DNA from: Candidatus Peribacteraceae bacterium
GTDB taxonomy: Bacteria > Patescibacteriota > Gracilibacteria > Peribacterales > Peribacteraceae
Reading direction: 5' to 3'
Length of the DNA stretch: 64,000 bases
NCBI GenBank assembly: GCA_028703445.1
Contig: JAQVMW010000008.1
Location: 6,223-70,222 of the forward strand
Shown: positions 43,951-53,093 of the stretch, in pieces
How the letters are laid out: each line of letters begins with the position of its first letter
How positions within the stretch are numbered: the stretch's first letter is position 1
The notes under the pieces: generated by a model
The model's database searches: none
Told to the model about the DNA's origin: nothing
The model's input: only the letters and a program-made list of their open reading frames with translations
Made by a program: the position numbers and the translations under genes

Positions 43951-43964
43951 TATTGTATACAATA
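43951..43964. promoter_or_regulatory. 14-bp perfect palindrome tattgtatacaata in the divergent AT-rich spacer (candidate operator)
   Basis: It lies between the minus-strand ORF 43420-43881 and the plus-strand TrmB gene starting at 44007. Confidence 0.35.
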
Positions 43965-44006
43965 TTCTTGATTCTATTTTTGTAGTAATTTAATTACAAC
44001 ACTCGC

Positions 44007-44768
44007 ATGCAAGCATCCGATCTTCTGGACTTTGGCCTCACAAAAGATGAGGCGTGTGTGTACCTCGCGCTCTTGGAACTGGGCGGCTCATATGTGAGCG
44101 CAATTGCCAAGAAGTCCGGCATTCACCGCGTTGTCTGTTATAAAATTCTGGATGACTTGGTAGGGAAAGGACTGGTCAGCAGCTTCCTCAAGAACAAGGT
44201 GAAGCACTTCGCAGTGGAGAGTCCGCAAATCCTGGTACGCCGCCAACAGGAGAAACTCGATAAAGCCAAAAAGATCCTCCCTGAACTCCTATCCATCACT
44301 AATGCACTCGCCTACAAACCGAAGATCCAGTATTACGAAGGGCTGGAGGGTATGAAGAACATCTTTGAAGAGACACTCACCGCCCAGAGCGAGCTCCTCG
44401 GTTACACGAATCTGGAAGACATCCCCAAAGTCATTCCGGAGGAATTTTTGCGTGACTATGCCAAGCGCAAGATCGCGAAAGGCCTCAAAACACGCATGCT
44501 TTCGCCTCACACGCCACGGGCACTCAAGTACCTGGAGAAGTATTATCCGAGGGGATTTGATCCGAATCTGGTCGAAATCCTCTTCGTGAACCCACGTGAA
44601 TTCCACTTTGAGTACGAAATCACGATCTACGGCGAGAAAGTGGCGATCCTCTCCCTCAATTCGGAGGAACGCATGGGGCTGATCATCGAGAGTCCGATCT
44701 ACGCGCGCACGCAGCGTGCGGTCTTTCAGCTGGCGTGGCTCGGAGCGACGAGCTTCGTGGCAAAGTAA
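44007..44768 (+). CDS. TrmB-family winged-helix transcriptional regulator
   Basis: It carries DLLDFGLTKDEACVYLALLELGGSYVSAIAKKSGIHRVVCYKILDDLVGKGLVS. It is a paralog of 60950-61705, and both end AWLGAT(S/A)FVAK. Confidence 0.8.
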   Translation: MQASDLLDFGLTKDEACVYLALLELGGSYVSAIAKKSGIHRVVCYKILDDLVGKGLVSSFLKNKVKHFAVESPQILVRRQQEKLDKAKKILPELLSITNALAYKPKIQYYEGLEGMKNIFEETLTAQSELLGYTNLEDIPKVIPEEFLRDYAKRKIAKGLKTRMLSPHTPRALKYLEKYYPRGFDPNLVEILFVNPREFHFEYEITIYGEKVAILSLNSEERMGLIIESPIYARTQRAVFQLAWLGATSFVAK

Positions 44769-44774
44769 CACACA

Positions 44775-46457
44775 TCAATAGACCTCTTTCAAATAGCACT
44801 CCTCACAATAGACAATCTCGGGTCTATCTGAAGAGTATGTCGTCTCGATCGGCTTCCGGCACTTCATGCAATTGCGGCTCCAGAGACGACGGGGATTGCG
44901 GAGCGCCATCCTCCTGCTATGCCGCTCATCGGGATGGAAGTGTGGGACGGGCAGGTGATTGGAACGGTAGAACTCCAATTCCCTCTTTACCACTCGAAAC
45001 GGCCGACTGGTTGCAGGACAAATGATCGCCCAGTTGAGGATGTCATCCGGAATAGCATCAATCGACGAAGGAAGTTGAGAGGCAGGGATCGTCTTGCTGA
45101 CCGCAAGCTTCTCTTCCTTCTCTTCTCTCCACGGGAATCCCCGCTTTTTGGCCTCAGCGTGAGTGAGTGGGAAATAGATTTGCGCCGTGGTCTCGTTGTA
45201 CGCAAACGGCGCGATACCGGCCGGGAAAAACTCCCCCCACTCACCGTGTTTTTGCATCAGTGCAATCACCTTCGGCACGAGCTTCTCATACTCCTCTTTC
45301 GTGCACTGCTTATTGAGGACACAGTACTTTCCCGGTTTCATGCACACGCACCCGCACATGTCCGAGCCCGTCTGGATGATGTCACAGTAGAGCAGGTTCT
45401 TACTGCCCCAGGACCCGTGCGTGAAGACCGTATTGTACGAGCCATAGCCGAGGCTCAGAGAGTCATATCCGAGCTCCGCATCCGTGGTGTGGCACACATC
45501 CATAAGGTCTTTGACCTGGAAACCCGTGAAGATGTACGCGCAGTCCTCACCGTACGACAGGTCGAAGCAATGTCGAAGGTTTTTGGAGTCCTTGAGGTAA
45601 TCGCCGGTCACGTTGTCGCAGTTCACCACTTCGCGCGCACGGTGGATGCTCTTCTCTTTGAAATCGGCAAACTCCTGCAGCACCTCTGCGAGTCCTCCGT
45701 TCGCCACGCGATCCATCATCTCCTTCTTCAACCGCAGATACTCCCCTTTCGCGTACTCCCGATTCCAGATGTAGTTGCGCTTGTTTCTGAGATTCGTCGA
45801 CATCAAGCACTCGGTGCAGCCTTTGCAGTCGAAAAGGAAGGCGCCCGAGGAACAATTGGTGCAGTTCTGAGAAAAGGAGAGCGAGTGACACTTGTCGACG
45901 TCGGTCACCTCGAAGCAGTAGTGCGATTCTGTACAGTCCACCGTGTCCACGCACCCAGTGGATTTGATGACCTGGTACCCGTACAGACAATCTTCGTTGA
46001 ACTCCGCGGCGAAGATGAGGTAGCAATTCTTGTTACTGCCGGAGTGATTGATGAATTCCGAGTTCTCGTTGTTGATGACATTGAGTGCGAGACGCGGAAC
46101 CGCATTCTGGAGCTCTTTCACCTGAGCGAGGAAGGGACGATTGAAATCCACCGGCCGACCGTACGTGAGCGGATCGTTTTTGTCGGACCACCAGCATTCC
46201 GTGCAGTAGACGGGAAAGGCCGAGCCAGCGGGATACATCGAGATGATGGACTTCTTGCACAGATCGCACGTCCGCCGATAGAGGGCGCGCTCATTACGCC
46301 AGAAGAGTCGGCGCTGCTGGCGACAGTCGGGGCAGAGCAGAGGCGACGGGATCGGGAATTTCTTCCCGGCGAAGACGGGGGAAAGTTTGTCTAAAAGCGC
46401 GAGATCAGCAGGGGTGACCTCGAACGCCGATGAACACTGGCGGCAGGAATAATTCAT
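44775..46457 (-). CDS. Cys-rich family paralog P4
   Basis: It is 560 aa. The N-terminus is MNYSCRQCSSAFEVTPADLALL...CPDCRQQRRL. The C-terminus is NCMKCRKPIETTYSSDRPEIVYCEECYLKEVY. Confidence 0.9.
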   Translation of the reverse strand: MNYSCRQCSSAFEVTPADLALLDKLSPVFAGKKFPIPSPLLCPDCRQQRRLFWRNERALYRRTCDLCKKSIISMYPAGSAFPVYCTECWWSDKNDPLTYGRPVDFNRPFLAQVKELQNAVPRLALNVINNENSEFINHSGSNKNCYLIFAAEFNEDCLYGYQVIKSTGCVDTVDCTESHYCFEVTDVDKCHSLSFSQNCTNCSSGAFLFDCKGCTECLMSTNLRNKRNYIWNREYAKGEYLRLKKEMMDRVANGGLAEVLQEFADFKEKSIHRAREVVNCDNVTGDYLKDSKNLRHCFDLSYGEDCAYIFTGFQVKDLMDVCHTTDAELGYDSLSLGYGSYNTVFTHGSWGSKNLLYCDIIQTGSDMCGCVCMKPGKYCVLNKQCTKEEYEKLVPKVIALMQKHGEWGEFFPAGIAPFAYNETTAQIYFPLTHAEAKKRGFPWREEKEEKLAVSKTIPASQLPSSIDAIPDDILNWAIICPATSRPFRVVKRELEFYRSNHLPVPHFHPDERHSRRMALRNPRRLWSRNCMKCRKPIETTYSSDRPEIVYCEECYLKEVY

Positions 46458-46473
46458 GAATGGAGAAAGAATA

Positions 46474-46941
46474 TTAACACCAGCCTCTCTGGCGTACTAC
46501 ATTCATCGCTGCGGTAGTGGCGCAGTCAATGGAACCTGAAGATTGTTGAGGAGCGCCGCCTCGGATATCTTCATTAAGCAAAGCAATAATACGCTGTCGC
46601 ACTGCCCCCAGCCGCATAAAATACTCATGTGCATCCGTGTGTGTGTTCGGCGTTTGAAGAATGAAAAGGAAAGAGAGGGCAGCAACCTGTTCTGAGGATC
46701 GAAAGACCACACAACCTTCTGGGACAGAACCTTCGTCGAATATTTCACCTTCACCCACCAAATCATCCCAAGAATGAGCATCGCACTGCACAGCAATCAT
46801 CCCGTCACTTCTCCTCTTCACCTCACCCCCTTCGCCCTGAATCACAGCCGAATAATAGTGATTGCCACGTTTGATAACTACACGTGTCCCGGCTGCGATT
46901 TTTTCCGGCCGGATCGGAGACAGTGAAGGACATTCACTCAT
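46474..46941 (-). CDS. Hypothetical 155-aa protein embedded in the array
   Basis: This ORF lies 16 nt upstream of P4 on the same strand. No motifs are recognisable. Confidence 0.5.
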   Translation of the reverse strand: MSECPSLSPIRPEKIAAGTRVVIKRGNHYYSAVIQGEGGEVKRRSDGMIAVQCDAHSWDDLVGEGEIFDEGSVPEGCVVFRSSEQVAALSFLFILQTPNTHTDAHEYFMRLGAVRQRIIALLNEDIRGGAPQQSSGSIDCATTAAMNVVRQRGWC

Positions 46942-47066
46942 GACAACATCGTATGAATGTTCAGCAGGTCAGTCACATGCTGTGTACACCTTTGCGAATA
47001 CTGCGACAAATCAGCAAAGGAAACTGAAAATCGCCACCCAATGTTCACAGACTCCTGTGATCATCC

Positions 47067-47864
47067 CTACGCTCCGACACCGTTACTCCACATACGCTCG
47101 AACTGATCGCGATAGAGCGCCACAAGCTCCGGATGCCGGATAATGATCACGCGCGGATTTCCCCTGTCGCAGATGAAGTGGCGCACGTGATCTTTGGTGT
47201 ACCCCAGGTAATTCCTGGCAACGGGGATCGTGTCCACGAGACGCGTGGTACGCAGCTCCTTACTATCCCGCTTGGCAAATGTCTCGGATTCGGGTGAGTG
47301 CGTATTGAAGACGCGGCAGAACATGTTTCGACTGAAGCGTTTATGACGAAACGCCAGCTCCTCAGATGCCTCGTCGGACATGCCGGCAACATCCCAATAA
47401 TTCTGCATAGACCCCATGCACAGAAACTCGTCATCACAGAGATCGGGAATCTTGAGGTACTCCTCGCGAAACGCATCCAGGCCTTCCCTGAGTTCGACCG
47501 GCTCATGCTCCGTTTTCCCATCCGCATCGCGGGTGAGATCCGCGAACGGGAGCAAATGATCCAGATCCTGCAGGGCCAGCTGTACCTTGCGCAGCGACCG
47601 CTGCTCCTGATCGAGTTTGTGAATGAGTGCCTTGAGCGTGAGCGGCGCATACACGCTCTGCTTCTGGTTGATGCTGAACGCCTGCACCAGCCCGCGCTCG
47701 GTGAGGCGCTTGATGGTGCGGTAGGCGGTCATGATATTGAGCCCCGATTCCGCGATGAGCTCCGTCATCGAGGCACGCCGGAGCTTAAGCAAATGGAGAT
47801 ACAGGGTGACCTCCTCGTCCTTGAGACCAGCCAGACTAAGAAGATGTTGGAGCTTGCGACGCAC
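47067..47864 (-). CDS. TrmB-like transcriptional regulator (divergent member)
   Basis: It has the N-terminal wHTH LKDEEVTLYLHLLKLRRASMTELIAESGLNIMTAYRTIKRLTERGLV. It starts at GTG. Confidence 0.7.
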   Translation of the reverse strand: MRRKLQHLLSLAGLKDEEVTLYLHLLKLRRASMTELIAESGLNIMTAYRTIKRLTERGLVQAFSINQKQSVYAPLTLKALIHKLDQEQRSLRKVQLALQDLDHLLPFADLTRDADGKTEHEPVELREGLDAFREEYLKIPDLCDDEFLCMGSMQNYWDVAGMSDEASEELAFRHKRFSRNMFCRVFNTHSPESETFAKRDSKELRTTRLVDTIPVARNYLGYTKDHVRHFICDRGNPRVIIIRHPELVALYRDQFERMWSNGVGA

Positions 47865-47913
47865 CGGAGCAGTATAAACGAATGTAAAAACATGTAAAGT
47901 TTATTTGTCAATC

Positions 47914-49605
47914 TCAGTACACCTCTTTCAGGTAGCAGGCTTCGCAATAAATCATCTCAGGCCGATCGGGGGCATAAGTAGTCTCGATCCCCTCACCGCA
48001 CTTCGCGCACGTGCGCTTCCAGAGATGGCGGGGATTGCGCAGGAGGGCGCGACGCTGGAAGCGTTCATCGGGATGCAAATACGGTATGGGCAAACCGTTT
48101 GCCCGATAGAATTCCAATTCCTGTTTCACAATACGAAAAGGGCGCTTGGTTCTTGCGCACTCGATCGCCCAGTCGAGGATGTCGTCCGGGGTGTCATCAA
48201 TGGTAGTCGGCAATTGTGCGGCAGGAATAACTTTCGATACTTTGGGGCTGTCCTCTTTCTGATCCCGCCATCGCCATTTCCGCTCCCATGCCGCCTCTCT
48301 CTTGAGAGGGTAATAGCGATGCGCCGCCGTTTCGTTGTAGCCGAAGGGTGAGAGGCTGATTGGGAAGAAGTGCCCCCATTCGCCCGCCTTGCACATCGCA
48401 TCAATCACCTTGGGCACCAGTGTTTCGTACTCCTCCTTCGTATACTGTTTGTTGAAGATGCAGTATTTTTTGTTCCGGAGCCCGAAGCATCCGAAGCAAT
48501 CCGTGCAGTACCAACAGTACTGACTATAGAGCACGGATTTGCACTCGTAGCACTTGGAGCAGACGCAGAGGGAGTAGCCCAGATTACAGCCGTGGGATTC
48601 GTACTGCAGCTCCCCCCGGAGGGGCTCGAGCGTATCCAGACAATTCTTCACCATGCCTGTGTCGTAACAGTACGCGCAGTCTTCGGACTCGAAGACGTAG
48701 AAACAATTATGGCAGTTTTTGCAGTGAGCCAGGTGATCGCCCGTTACATTCTCGCAATGTTCGAGTACGAGAGCTTTATGCAGGGCTCGCTCGGCAACAT
48801 CTTTCTGGAAACGCGCGCACTGTTCCTGTGCGGCTTTCCATGTCACCGGATGCAGGACCTTGAGTTTTGCTTCATACGCATCCTTCGTCAGCTGCTCATT
48901 GTTGATGCAGTACCGTTTATGACGAAGGTTCCAACATCCGAAACAATCGGAGCATCCCTGGCAGTCGTAGCAGAAGGAACAGTTGGTGCAATTGATACAT
49001 TCGTGGAGATAGGTAGAGAACGCGCACTGCTTGCAATCCACGCACTCGTAGCAACGCTCGCACTTCTGCACGGCCAGGCAATCGGCGCAGTTGCGGCTGT
49101 CCGGCGTGAAATCGCTGGTATAGAAGCAATCCTCGCAGTACCCGGTATTGATGCACATGTAGCAGTTCTTGTTGTAGGCGGAGTGATTGGTGTAGGCGGA
49201 GTTCTCGCTGCTCATATTCACGATGCACGGCCGCGGGGCAACGAGACTCAGATCATGGAATTGTTCGAAGAAGGGACGTTTGAAATCGTAGGCCCGGCCG
49301 GTAGCAAGTTGATCCCAGTCATCGCTCCACCAGACAACCTGATCATAGACAATGCACTCCTTGTCATCCGAATAGACGGAAACCATCTCCTTCCCGGTTT
49401 TATCACACTTCCGCCGGTAGAAGCACCTCTCGTTTCGGTAACTTAAGCGCCGCTGCTGCCTGCAATCGGGACAGTGTGTGGGTGGTGGAAGCGCATACTT
49501 TGCACCGGCAAGCATCGGCGACACCCGATCGAGGAGATCGAGATCGGCATCGGTGACCTCGAATGGCTGCTTGCACCAAGGATTGCGGCAGGTCTTCTGC
49601 ACCAC
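47914..49605 (-). CDS. Cys-rich family paralog P5
   Basis: It is 563 aa. The N-terminus is MVQKTCRNPWCKQPFEVTDADLDLL. The C-terminus is TCAKCGEGIETTYAPDRPEMIYCEACYLKEVY. It starts at GTG. Confidence 0.9.
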   Translation of the reverse strand: MVQKTCRNPWCKQPFEVTDADLDLLDRVSPMLAGAKYALPPPTHCPDCRQQRRLSYRNERCFYRRKCDKTGKEMVSVYSDDKECIVYDQVVWWSDDWDQLATGRAYDFKRPFFEQFHDLSLVAPRPCIVNMSSENSAYTNHSAYNKNCYMCINTGYCEDCFYTSDFTPDSRNCADCLAVQKCERCYECVDCKQCAFSTYLHECINCTNCSFCYDCQGCSDCFGCWNLRHKRYCINNEQLTKDAYEAKLKVLHPVTWKAAQEQCARFQKDVAERALHKALVLEHCENVTGDHLAHCKNCHNCFYVFESEDCAYCYDTGMVKNCLDTLEPLRGELQYESHGCNLGYSLCVCSKCYECKSVLYSQYCWYCTDCFGCFGLRNKKYCIFNKQYTKEEYETLVPKVIDAMCKAGEWGHFFPISLSPFGYNETAAHRYYPLKREAAWERKWRWRDQKEDSPKVSKVIPAAQLPTTIDDTPDDILDWAIECARTKRPFRIVKQELEFYRANGLPIPYLHPDERFQRRALLRNPRHLWKRTCAKCGEGIETTYAPDRPEMIYCEACYLKEVY

Positions 49606-49611
49606 TCTATC

Positions 49612-49639
49612 GTAGCGGAAGATCGCGATCTTCCGCTAC
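49612..49639. repeat. 28-bp perfect palindrome gtagcggaagaTCGCGAtcttccgctac between P6 and P5
   Basis: It is identical to the copy at 41702-41729. Confidence 0.85.
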
Positions 49640-49649
49640 GGGACACGAC

Positions 49650-51302
49650 TCAATACACTTCTTTGAGATAACACGCTTCACAGAGGATTCTCCCGTCGTA
49701 CTCCTTGGGCCAGCTCGTTTGCGTTTCCGCTTTGCATTTGCCACAGATCACCGTCCGCAACGTCCCGTCGAAGGGAATCAGACGGAAATTCTCCTGCAGC
49801 CGGCGCATATAGTAGGTATACGGAAGCGGCACCTTGAGATCCTGCGCAAAAGCGACATCCTCCTTGAGAATCTGGAACGGGCGAGCGGCAACGGAATCCC
49901 AGTAGGGCGATGCGGTGACTGAATCGTCCGCCTGGTCACTGCGATCGGGAACTTCAGAGGCATCCCGTGTATCGGACTCACGCTTTTCTGCACTCTCGAG
50001 CATGCGAAATCCTCTCTTCTTCCCCTCAGTCGTCGTCATCTGCCAGACGAAACCTGCCAGACTCTCTTCGTAGGGATTTGCTGCAAAGTACGGCGGGAAA
50101 AATTGGCCGTATTCACCTGTCCTCTTCATCGTTTCGACGACTTCTGCCTTCTTTTTCTCATACGCCGCAGGTTCGAAAGCCTTATTGAAGATGTGATACT
50201 CCTTCCCCACAAGTCCGCAGCAGCCGAAGCAGTGCTTGCACTGGAAACACTGCGCGCAGTACTCCATGAACTTGCACTGGATCACGTTGTAGCCGAATTT
50301 TATGTCGTAACATTTGTCCTGCGGCTCTATCGAGCCGTACACGAGTTCCGATCCCACGGCGGCACACACGGTATCCAGACAATCCTTGCCGCCGAAGCCG
50401 CGAAATATGTTCATGCAGTCCTCCAGTTCGTCTACGAAGAAACAGTTCGTGCATCCCTTGCTGGAGTAGATGTAGTTGGACCCTCCACACTCCTGACACT
50501 GATCCATGAAAATGGCACGGTGCCAGGCGTTCTCTTTCAACATCTTCCTGAATTCCTGTTTGGCGTGCTCATACACGGTGCGCGACTGTAGATCCCATGC
50601 CGCAACACGCTGTTCATACTCCTCCTTCGTGAGTTGCTGATTGGCAAAACAGTAGGACTGGTTGCGCAGATTCGTGCAGAACATGCAGTGATTACAGTTT
50701 CGGCAGTCATAGAGGAACGCACTCTCCGTACATTGCCAGCAGTTTAAGGTGAACACGACGCGGAAACAGAGATGGCTGTTGATGAGATCAACGGAGCGCT
50801 CACTGTCGTACGAAAAGACACCGTACTGGCTGCTCTTCACGTTAAAGACCCGATAGCAGTAGCGGAGATCCTCGTCATTCAGCCCTGAGTGGCAGAGGTG
50901 GCAGTTCTTCGAGTACCACCAGTCATCGGTGTACTCGCAATTCTCGTTCCCCGCGCCCACATTGTGCGCGATGGGGCAGCGCCGGAAAAGCTCCCACATC
51001 TGTGGAAAGAGCTGCTTCGTGAGATCGATCTCGGCCGCAGGCGGATCGGCGTGCTTGATCCACTCGTCCTTGTGCCAGACGGGATAGGGACAGTCCTCGG
51101 AGAAGACGGAAACAATCGGCTTCCCCGTCTTGTCACACTTCCTCTTGTGGAGCGCCCAGTGCTGCCAGAAGGCACCGAGGATCTGCCAGCGTGCGATGGG
51201 ATGAAGATCTGGCTCGCCCTCAATGCCAAGCTTCTTGCGCAACTCCATCTCGGCAGAAGTCACGGTGAAGGTGAGGCCGGTGACGGGGCAGGTCTTGGAC
51301 AT
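49650..51302 (-). CDS. Cys-rich family paralog P6 (divergent termini)
   Basis: It is 550 aa. The N-terminal Cys pairs are lost (MSKTCPVTGLTFTVTSAEMEL). The C-terminus is ICGKCKAETQTSWPKEYDGRILCEACYLKEVY. The central region is conserved. Confidence 0.85.
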   Translation of the reverse strand: MSKTCPVTGLTFTVTSAEMELRKKLGIEGEPDLHPIARWQILGAFWQHWALHKRKCDKTGKPIVSVFSEDCPYPVWHKDEWIKHADPPAAEIDLTKQLFPQMWELFRRCPIAHNVGAGNENCEYTDDWWYSKNCHLCHSGLNDEDLRYCYRVFNVKSSQYGVFSYDSERSVDLINSHLCFRVVFTLNCWQCTESAFLYDCRNCNHCMFCTNLRNQSYCFANQQLTKEEYEQRVAAWDLQSRTVYEHAKQEFRKMLKENAWHRAIFMDQCQECGGSNYIYSSKGCTNCFFVDELEDCMNIFRGFGGKDCLDTVCAAVGSELVYGSIEPQDKCYDIKFGYNVIQCKFMEYCAQCFQCKHCFGCCGLVGKEYHIFNKAFEPAAYEKKKAEVVETMKRTGEYGQFFPPYFAANPYEESLAGFVWQMTTTEGKKRGFRMLESAEKRESDTRDASEVPDRSDQADDSVTASPYWDSVAARPFQILKEDVAFAQDLKVPLPYTYYMRRLQENFRLIPFDGTLRTVICGKCKAETQTSWPKEYDGRILCEACYLKEVY

Positions 51303-51308
51303 TGGGTG

Positions 51309-52985
51309 TCAGTATACCTCTTTGAGGTAGCACTCCTCGCACAACACGCGCTCTTTTCTCTCGGGCGCAAAGGTGGACTCCACTTCCTTCCCACACTTGG
51401 AACATGGCCGTTTCCAGAGCCGGCGCGGCGGGCGGAGTGCCGTGCGACGATCCTGACGTTCCTCCGGGTGCAGGTGCGGAATGGGCAGATTATGCGTGCG
51501 ATAGAACGCAAGTTCCTGCTTCACGATGCGGAAGGGACGCCCCGATTCCTCCGAAGTCACCGCCCAATTGAGCACATCGTCGGGAACCTCGGCGATCGTC
51601 TGCGGCAATTTGGATGCGGGAATGACCTTCTTCACGTCGGGCTTCTCGTCGTGCTCATCGCGCCACGGATAGCCACGCTTGATGGCTTCTTCTTTGGTGA
51701 GCGGAAAGTATTCCTGGGCGATTGATTCGTTGTAGGCGAAGGAGCACATGCTCTTCGGAAAAAACTCCCCGTATGCGCCGGTCTTGCGCATGTGCGCGAT
51801 CAGTTTCCTCCGCAATCGTTCGTATTCCTCCTTTGAATACTGTTTGTTCAAAATGCAGTACTGCTTCTTCTTGAGTCCCACACACCCGAAACAGTCTTTG
51901 CAGCCCGTGCAGCTGTCCAAGTACGCGCAATCGCTCAAATTCGTCGTGCACATGGTGGAAAATTTGAGGTTGAAGATGTTGTTGCCGCACGCGCCGCACT
52001 GGTACACCCGTTCCGCCTTGTCACCCCAGAAGGTGTAATCCATGGAGGATTTCACTCCCATCGAAACGCGCTGGCAGTAGCGGCAATCCTCCAGATCCTT
52101 GGCATCCATGCAGGAGAAAGCGTTCCGCGTGTTCGAGATGTGATCGCCCGTGGAGTGCTCGTTGTGCTCCCCCTGCACGTAGCGCTGCGGCTGTAATTGG
52201 AAAAACTGTGCAGCCTTTTCGCGAACCTGCGCGATCCCGGCAGACGAATCAAGCTTCAGAGCCTTCTTCTTCGCCTCGTACTCCTCTTTCGTCAGCTGCT
52301 CATTGAAGATCATATTCCTCTTCTGTCGCTGATGCATGCAACCAATGCACTCACTGCAGCCGATGCAATTCTTGAGGAAAAAACTGTTCGAACAGTTCTG
52401 GCAATCCTGCGAGAAGAAGAGACTGTGACAGTCGATGCAGTCCAGACATTCGTAGATCAGTTCGCTTTGATGGCAATTGAAGCAGTCGACTGCGTTTGTG
52501 CAGTGATAGACGCGGTTACTGTAGAGACAGTCCTCGTCGTAATCGGCTTCCGCAATCAGGTAACAGTTCTTTGAAAATCCGGCATTGTTCACGTAGTCGC
52601 TGTTCACCATCGTCCCCTGGATCACAAAGCGCGCCTGATGGGGAACTTTGTTCCGCAACTCCGCAAACTGTTCGAAGAAGGAGCGGGAAAAGTCGATCTC
52701 CTGCCCGTACGCGAGGGCATCCCACTCGTCACCCCACCATGCTTCGGGGCTGAAGACGGGGAATGGATTACCGTCGTGGAACTGCGAGAGGATGCGCTCG
52801 CCTGTGAGATCGCACTTCCTCCAATAGAGTTTGCGCGAATTGCGCTCGAGCAAGCGCCGCCTGAGCCGGCACTCCGGGCAGGATTTGGGTGCCGGGACTT
52901 CGAAATCGTCCAAAAACTTCTGATCGTCCGGAGTGATCTCGAAAGGTGTGCCACAGTCGATGCAGGTGTGCTCCATGGGATGCAT
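51309..52985 (-). CDS. Cys-rich family paralog P7
   Basis: It is 558 aa. The N-terminus is EHTCIDCGTPFEITPDDQKFL...CPECRLRRRL. The C-terminus is PCSKCGKEVESTFAPERKERVLCEECYLKEVY. Only 6 nt separate its stop from the P6 start. Confidence 0.9.
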   Translation of the reverse strand: MHPMEHTCIDCGTPFEITPDDQKFLDDFEVPAPKSCPECRLRRRLLERNSRKLYWRKCDLTGERILSQFHDGNPFPVFSPEAWWGDEWDALAYGQEIDFSRSFFEQFAELRNKVPHQARFVIQGTMVNSDYVNNAGFSKNCYLIAEADYDEDCLYSNRVYHCTNAVDCFNCHQSELIYECLDCIDCHSLFFSQDCQNCSNSFFLKNCIGCSECIGCMHQRQKRNMIFNEQLTKEEYEAKKKALKLDSSAGIAQVREKAAQFFQLQPQRYVQGEHNEHSTGDHISNTRNAFSCMDAKDLEDCRYCQRVSMGVKSSMDYTFWGDKAERVYQCGACGNNIFNLKFSTMCTTNLSDCAYLDSCTGCKDCFGCVGLKKKQYCILNKQYSKEEYERLRRKLIAHMRKTGAYGEFFPKSMCSFAYNESIAQEYFPLTKEEAIKRGYPWRDEHDEKPDVKKVIPASKLPQTIAEVPDDVLNWAVTSEESGRPFRIVKQELAFYRTHNLPIPHLHPEERQDRRTALRPPRRLWKRPCSKCGKEVESTFAPERKERVLCEECYLKEVY

Positions 52986-53030
52986 TAAGTATACCTATGT
53001 TTCTGACGGTGTTTGGGAGAATGAAGAAGT

Positions 53031-53078
53031 AAGAATTATGAATAATGCACGATAACAATACCTTTATTCATAATTCTT
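53031..53078. terminator. AT-rich hairpin between P8 and P7
   Basis: It has a 15-bp perfect stem aagaattatgaataa / ttattcataattctt and an 18-nt loop. Its function is unknown (terminator or regulatory). Confidence 0.4.
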
Positions 53079-53093
53079 CATTCTTACTTCTCG

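Noticed and set aside
44919-46394. Very long antisense ORFs opposite the Cys-rich genes. Examples are 44919-46394 (491 aa), 57071-58633 (520 aa), 48370-49446, 55123-56040, 58693-59604, 42220-42921 and 50889-51725.
   Set aside because: Their products are Val/Leu/Arg/Glu-rich with no motifs. They mirror the sense genes codon for codon. The sense frames carry a family-wide conserved architecture. Long antisense ORFs are expected when sense codons rarely end or start in ways that create antisense stops.
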